Origin: Fimbriimonadia bacterium
Lineage (GTDB): Bacteria > Armatimonadota > Fimbriimonadia > Fimbriimonadales > JABRVX01
Assembly (NCBI GenBank): GCA_041483895.1
Contig: JBGPGO010000011.1
Span: 32,001-96,000 of the forward strand
Direction: 5' to 3'
Length of the DNA stretch: 64,000 bases
Below, piece by piece: positions 59,971-64,000 of this stretch. A program made the translations under genes and the position numbers. A model generated the notes under the pieces. It did not search any database, was not told the origin of the DNA, and saw nothing but the letters and a program-made list of their open reading frames with translations. Numbering within the stretch: the stretch's first letter is position 1; every line of letters begins with the position of its first letter.

Positions 59971-60215
59971 TACAATGATACCTCCTCAAGTTGCACATAT
60001 TGTTTGTGCGGTCGCGCCGAGGGCAAGCGTAAATTGTCTTACGACGTTGCCTTTGCCCGGCAGCTTCCCTCGATCCAGCTATCCGACCCGCATTCTTGCA
60101 CGCGGCTGCACGGTTTCTCAAGCGGCTTTGGACTAATTCATCGTTAGGCTTGCTCCGTCAGCTTCGCTTGTAATAAGAAATAATGACAGAATTGGTTTGG
60201 CGGTGGGCACGATCA

Positions 60216-60244
60216 AGAATACCCATTGATGGAGAGGTTGTCAA
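60216..60244 (-). promoter_or_regulatory. Putative sigma70 promoter of the redox operon
   Basis: Minus strand TTGACA-ACCTCTCCATCAATGGG (17 nt)-TATTCT. Confidence 0.55.
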
Positions 60245-61040
60245 GCCTACCGAGTAAGCACTGGCGAGCGTCCCCGTCGGCAGCAACCGGCGGGCGCACG
60301 GAGATCCCTGCGAACTCGCGAGGCCGCTGGGGTTACCCGTAGACATGAGCTGCTTACCGTGAATCGGTATCATGCCGAAGTCTCGCTGCCGAAGCAGATT
60401 CCAGTATGGTGGGCCCGCTCGGGGTCTTCGACATGCGGTGAATTCCCCTAACGCAAGGACCGACACCATCGCCGAGATCCCCTGCTCCGGTCTCGGCGGG
60501 CTCTGGTACACCTTCCTCAAACTCGAAGCCACCACCCTCGCACTGATCGCCGAACTATGCTTCGGCCTCGCCGTAAGCCCCGGGTTTGATCGTAACCCTG
60601 ATGGTAGAGAACTGACCGGGGGGGACATTACGTGACGGACCCAATAGGAACGCTCTACACCTCATGGGTTGAGAACCTCGTTCGAGATCTTCAACTCACG
60701 CAAGCCGAAGCCGTTGATGTGGAGGCCAAGCGAGCGGAAAAGCAATTGCCCCGGGACATTCATCGGCCGCTGTCTGCATTTGGTAATCGAGAAGGCGGCG
60801 GCATTAGGGCCACAGTCGGATCAATAAGGTTGGTGGTCAAGTCGGGCGGCCTCTCAAGGAGCGGATGCATGCAGTCTGGATCGGCTTTAGGCCGAGGGCA
60901 GAGCAGTATCTTCGGCAGACTTTCGACGTCTCAATGGCAAGCTTCCCGCCTGGGTGTGAGTTTAATTCCGAGGGTGTAAGGTATGGCCGGGCTTCCAGTC
61001 TATTGCTTATACATAACACTTTCCCACAAGGAGGCAAGAA

Positions 61041-62252
61041 GTGACATACATAGCAAATTTAGCCCGACGGCAGACTTCGCGGCCGGCGCTGGCAGCCCTA
61101 ATCGTACTCGCGGTCACCGCACAGGCGATGGCGGCAACCTATTCGGTCAACGTCGGTGCCATAAAGGCGAAGTGGGACGATGTGTCCGGAGCCAACTTCT
61201 CCGGCACCGGAATCACCTACTTATATGACGGCCAGGTGTTGATTGTCCTGCCGTCTGGATACGATTCGATCAAGTTCTCGGCGAACTGCTCTGCGGAGAA
61301 CACGTCCTGGTGGTGGTCAAGAGACTTCAAGTTCCAAATCAGAGTTACCGAGGTCAAGGACGGGAACCCGCCGTACATCGATGCGACGACAGCGGCTACC
61401 GGAGGCTTCAATATCGTCGGCCTCTGGGGTAAGAGCAGCGGCACCGTAACGTCTCCCACGGTTTATGTAGGGACCGGAAACTGGAAAATATTCCGTGTAG
61501 CAGTCTATGTGGAAATAGTGAACAAGAAGAACAGCGGATGGATCGGCAAGGGATTCCCTGTGTTCAAGTACCCATCCCGGATTTGTGGCCTAAGCGCATA
61601 CCGGTCGTGCGAGTGGATCCACGAGGCATACCAGCGCCGATGGGCGTTTGAAGCTCTATACAATGGCCAACTGGATATTACTGGGGGTTCATGGATAAGC
61701 ACGGATGAGCTTTGGTACGAATTCATCAATGCCTTGGGCGACGCCGCCAAAGATGATCCCGTCGAAGTAGGTTTCTGGGGCGTTCAAACGCTCCACAATG
61801 TGTTCAATGCATTCATCGCGGAGCTCAATATGTATATCTTGACCCAAGGTTGGAGATCCTCGTGGTGGACGCAGCTCCTGATGGGCGCGACCAACGACAT
61901 GAGGCTCAACTGCGCGAGCGAACAAGGCTACCTCGAACGGCTGTTTTATTCGTTGGACGATAAGGCAACCAAGATAAGCCAAGTCAAATCCATCGTGACA
62001 ACCGAAAGCAGCCTTTTGGCCAAATTCGGGAACTTCTCATATAGCGGCACCACCGTGTACGGCAAAAGTGGTGAGTACATTTTTTCAACGTACCTGACCA
62101 CTCAAAACTACTACCTGATGTTCTTCGGCACGAAGATCACGGACCCGGCCCTTGGCACGCTGAGGAGCCTAATGCAGTACTACTCGAATCTTATCGCGGC
62201 CGACCAGACCATCGTCAATGGACGGACCAGTGACGCGGGCCTGTTGTATTGA
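61041..62252 (+). CDS. Secreted hypothetical protein (403 aa)
   Basis: SD AAGGAGG before GTG; signal peptide ending AQAMA; no domain recognised. Confidence 0.75.
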   Translation: MTYIANLARRQTSRPALAALIVLAVTAQAMAATYSVNVGAIKAKWDDVSGANFSGTGITYLYDGQVLIVLPSGYDSIKFSANCSAENTSWWWSRDFKFQIRVTEVKDGNPPYIDATTAATGGFNIVGLWGKSSGTVTSPTVYVGTGNWKIFRVAVYVEIVNKKNSGWIGKGFPVFKYPSRICGLSAYRSCEWIHEAYQRRWAFEALYNGQLDITGGSWISTDELWYEFINALGDAAKDDPVEVGFWGVQTLHNVFNAFIAELNMYILTQGWRSSWWTQLLMGATNDMRLNCASEQGYLERLFYSLDDKATKISQVKSIVTTESSLLAKFGNFSYSGTTVYGKSGEYIFSTYLTTQNYYLMFFGTKITDPALGTLRSLMQYYSNLIAADQTIVNGRTSDAGLLY

Positions 62253-62266
62253 TCGCCGCTTGGACC

Positions 62267-62309
62267 GAAGATTCCCCGTGACGGTCTGCGCCACGGGGAA
62301 TTTTCATTT
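62267..62309 (+). terminator. Hairpin, probable intrinsic terminator
   Basis: ATTCCCCGTG (62271-62280) / CACGGGGAAT (62292-62301) followed by TTTCATTT, just after stop 62252. Confidence 0.55.
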
Positions 62310-62570
62310 CGAGTGCGCCGGGTGGTCCTCTATAGGAGATCCAATGCTTACCGGCTCCCCATCCCTTGGCAGCAGAAGACCACAATGCCGCCGTGTTGTG
62401 CTTGGCCGGTGGCCTGGTCAAGGACTTTGCCGAACGCCGCTTGCTTAAGGAATGAGCCGCATGGCTCCTGATTCCGATCCACTCTAACAGAACGAATCTC
62501 CCGCTTGTTCTGAACCTCTTGGGGGATTCCTGGGAGCGGACGGTTGGACTTCATCCTCTCCGGACGGCAC

Positions 62571-62981
62571 TCACCGTTGTACGATGATCGCAACGTTTCC
62601 GGTCGCAGGGGTTGTAAACTCCGCTTTCACGCCCACGCCGAAAGGCTCGAAGTCTGCCTGCCCAATAACGGAACCGTCCTCGGAGATCAGCATTGCCCGT
62701 TGAGGCGCCGCGTCTGCCGGTGCGAAGAGGGTTAGAAGCGTTTGATCCCCAGCCGGCGCGGCGTACAGCTCGAGGGATAAATCCGGCCCGTCGACTTTGG
62801 CGCCTACGTCGGGACCTTCCGCGCCTTCCGCCGACATGGCCACAGCCCGGACCGGCGTGAGGCGGGCTTCCGCGCCTTTCTCCATACAGTCACGCAAGAG
62901 CGCAACGAGCCCACCGGTCGCCAACCTGCCCGTTTCGAGGGCAATCGCGACAGCGGCGACGTGAATGAGACCAGGATTCAT
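62571..62981 (-). CDS. Hypothetical protein (136 aa)
   Basis: ATG 62981 preceded by GAGAGAGG; Ala/Gly-rich; no domain recognised. Confidence 0.5.
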   Translation of the reverse strand: MNPGLIHVAAVAIALETGRLATGGLVALLRDCMEKGAEARLTPVRAVAMSAEGAEGPDVGAKVDGPDLSLELYAAPAGDQTLLTLFAPADAAPQRAMLISEDGSVIGQADFEPFGVGVKAEFTTPATGNVAIIVQR

Positions 62982-63112
62982 TTCGACTTGCCTCTCTCTC
63001 CGTGCGAACACGATTTGAAGTTGACCGACTCGTCCTCGGCTTTCATAAAGATCCTTTACCGATAGCAAAGGACCGGCCAATAACCGCTAATCTACGCACC
63101 CGATTCGCCGGC

Positions 63113-63655
63113 TCAGCGTATCTCCACAACGACCGATTGGGTATTCACCGTCCCTCGCCACTCTGCGTTCGATTGCGCTTTGCCGAGGGTGCTGTCATAG
63201 TGAACGCTTACGGAATACTTGCCCGCACGAAGACCGTCGAAATACCAGATGCCGCCAAAGCCATCGTCTCCCTGCAAACGCAATGCGCCGTTGGCCTCCA
63301 GAAGCGATGCAGAGAGGTGAACGACGTACGAGGCGTCTTTGGCCAGGAGCGGTGTTGTTGTCTTCCCGGGCCGAGTTCCGTTGCGGCCGCCGTCAATCCG
63401 TAGGTCTTTTCCGTCGGTGTCCTTGAGAACCATCCGTACCGTGTCGAAGAGCGAAAACGCCTGCGGCTTCGCATCCCGGTTGGTTATCGTGAGCCGCAGG
63501 TCTATCTTTGTCCGACCCCGGTTCTTTGGAGCGTGCCAAACACTATCGGCGGACACAACGAATTCGGCGCCTTGCGCGAGGATAGGCTTAGACGCCACAG
63601 CGCCCTTCATGGAATGCGGTGGCGGCGCGGACACCTGATAGCACCCGGCCGCCAC
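63113..63655 (-). CDS. Hypothetical lipoprotein-like protein, Ig-like fold likely; true start uncertain
   Basis: Lipobox-like VAAGC; LRLTITN...LRAGKYSVSVHY; hydrophobic signal lies upstream of the GTG at 63655. Confidence 0.65.
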   Translation of the reverse strand: MAAGCYQVSAPPPHSMKGAVASKPILAQGAEFVVSADSVWHAPKNRGRTKIDLRLTITNRDAKPQAFSLFDTVRMVLKDTDGKDLRIDGGRNGTRPGKTTTPLLAKDASYVVHLSASLLEANGALRLQGDDGFGGIWYFDGLRAGKYSVSVHYDSTLGKAQSNAEWRGTVNTQSVVVEIR

Positions 63656-63690
63656 GCAAACAAGGCTGATCCAGATGAACCCGCAGCGTG

Positions 63691-64000
63691 CTACTTTCTC
63701 CTCCTGCGCAAACCCAATACGCCGATTGCGCCGACGGCTAGAGCGGCAAGTGAGCTAGGTTCGGGCACCGGAGTGCAATGATTCTCCCAGCCCCAGAAAA
63801 CTCCACCGTAGATTCTCGCCTGCTTGTTCCCGGTCTCGACCACTAAGTGCAGCTCAGCGTTCCAATAATGGTCCTTGCATCCGTCAGGCCGCTGCGAAAA
63901 GTCGTAGAAGCCGGTGCCGTTCGCAGCGAACCCGTCGTCATAGTACGGAGTCGTGGCTGTAGAGGCAACGTCTACGATATTCTCGACGACGCCGTGACCA
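63691..64000 (-). CDS. PEP-CTERM sorting domain protein, 3' part (begins outside window)
   Basis: ...HCTPVPEPSSLAALAVGAIGVLGLRRRRK*. Confidence 0.9.
   Translation of the reverse strand, partial: GHGVVENIVDVASTATTPYYDDGFAANGTGFYDFSQRPDGCKDHYWNAELHLVVETGNKQARIYGGVFWGWENHCTPVPEPSSLAALAVGAIGVLGLRRRRK

Noticed and set aside
60158..61037. Several short ORFs between the redox operon and the secreted protein
   Set aside because: Overlapping on both strands, no motifs or clear SD; probably non-coding or decayed

Overview
GC-rich, gene-dense bacterial chromosome segment. The gene repertoire (two DUF1549/DUF1553 + DUF1501 pairs, a PEP-CTERM protein, a dockerin-like C-terminus, many secreted CAZymes) suggests an Armatimonadota- or Planctomycetota-like diderm; this is inference, not a database result. 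Main contents: (1) a DUF1553/DUF1501 pair split by a ~4.5 kb insert carrying a large KAP-family P-loop NTPase; (2) a mixed block with an M28 peptidase, LCM-type methyltransferase, FAD oxidoreductase, B-box membrane proteins, GH127, GH84, ASPIC/UnbV, NmrA, a second DUF1553/DUF1501 pair and an ABC exporter; (3) a carbohydrate cluster (two GH29, GH38, GH95-like DUF5703, NPCBM protein, araFGH); (4) a tightly coupled 7-gene minus-strand redox operon: cupredoxin, Cyc2-like cytochrome-porin, FAD/FeS NAD(P) oxidoreductase, Rieske, cytochrome b, subunit IV and an octaheme cytochrome c. This operon is the best candidate for an undescribed system, possibly linking extracellular electron transfer to an NAD(P)-coupled Rieske/cytb complex; (5) five distinct REP-like palindromic repeat families, several inserted in-frame inside genes or supplying stop codons. 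No rRNA, tRNA, transposase, integrase or true CRISPR array was recognised.
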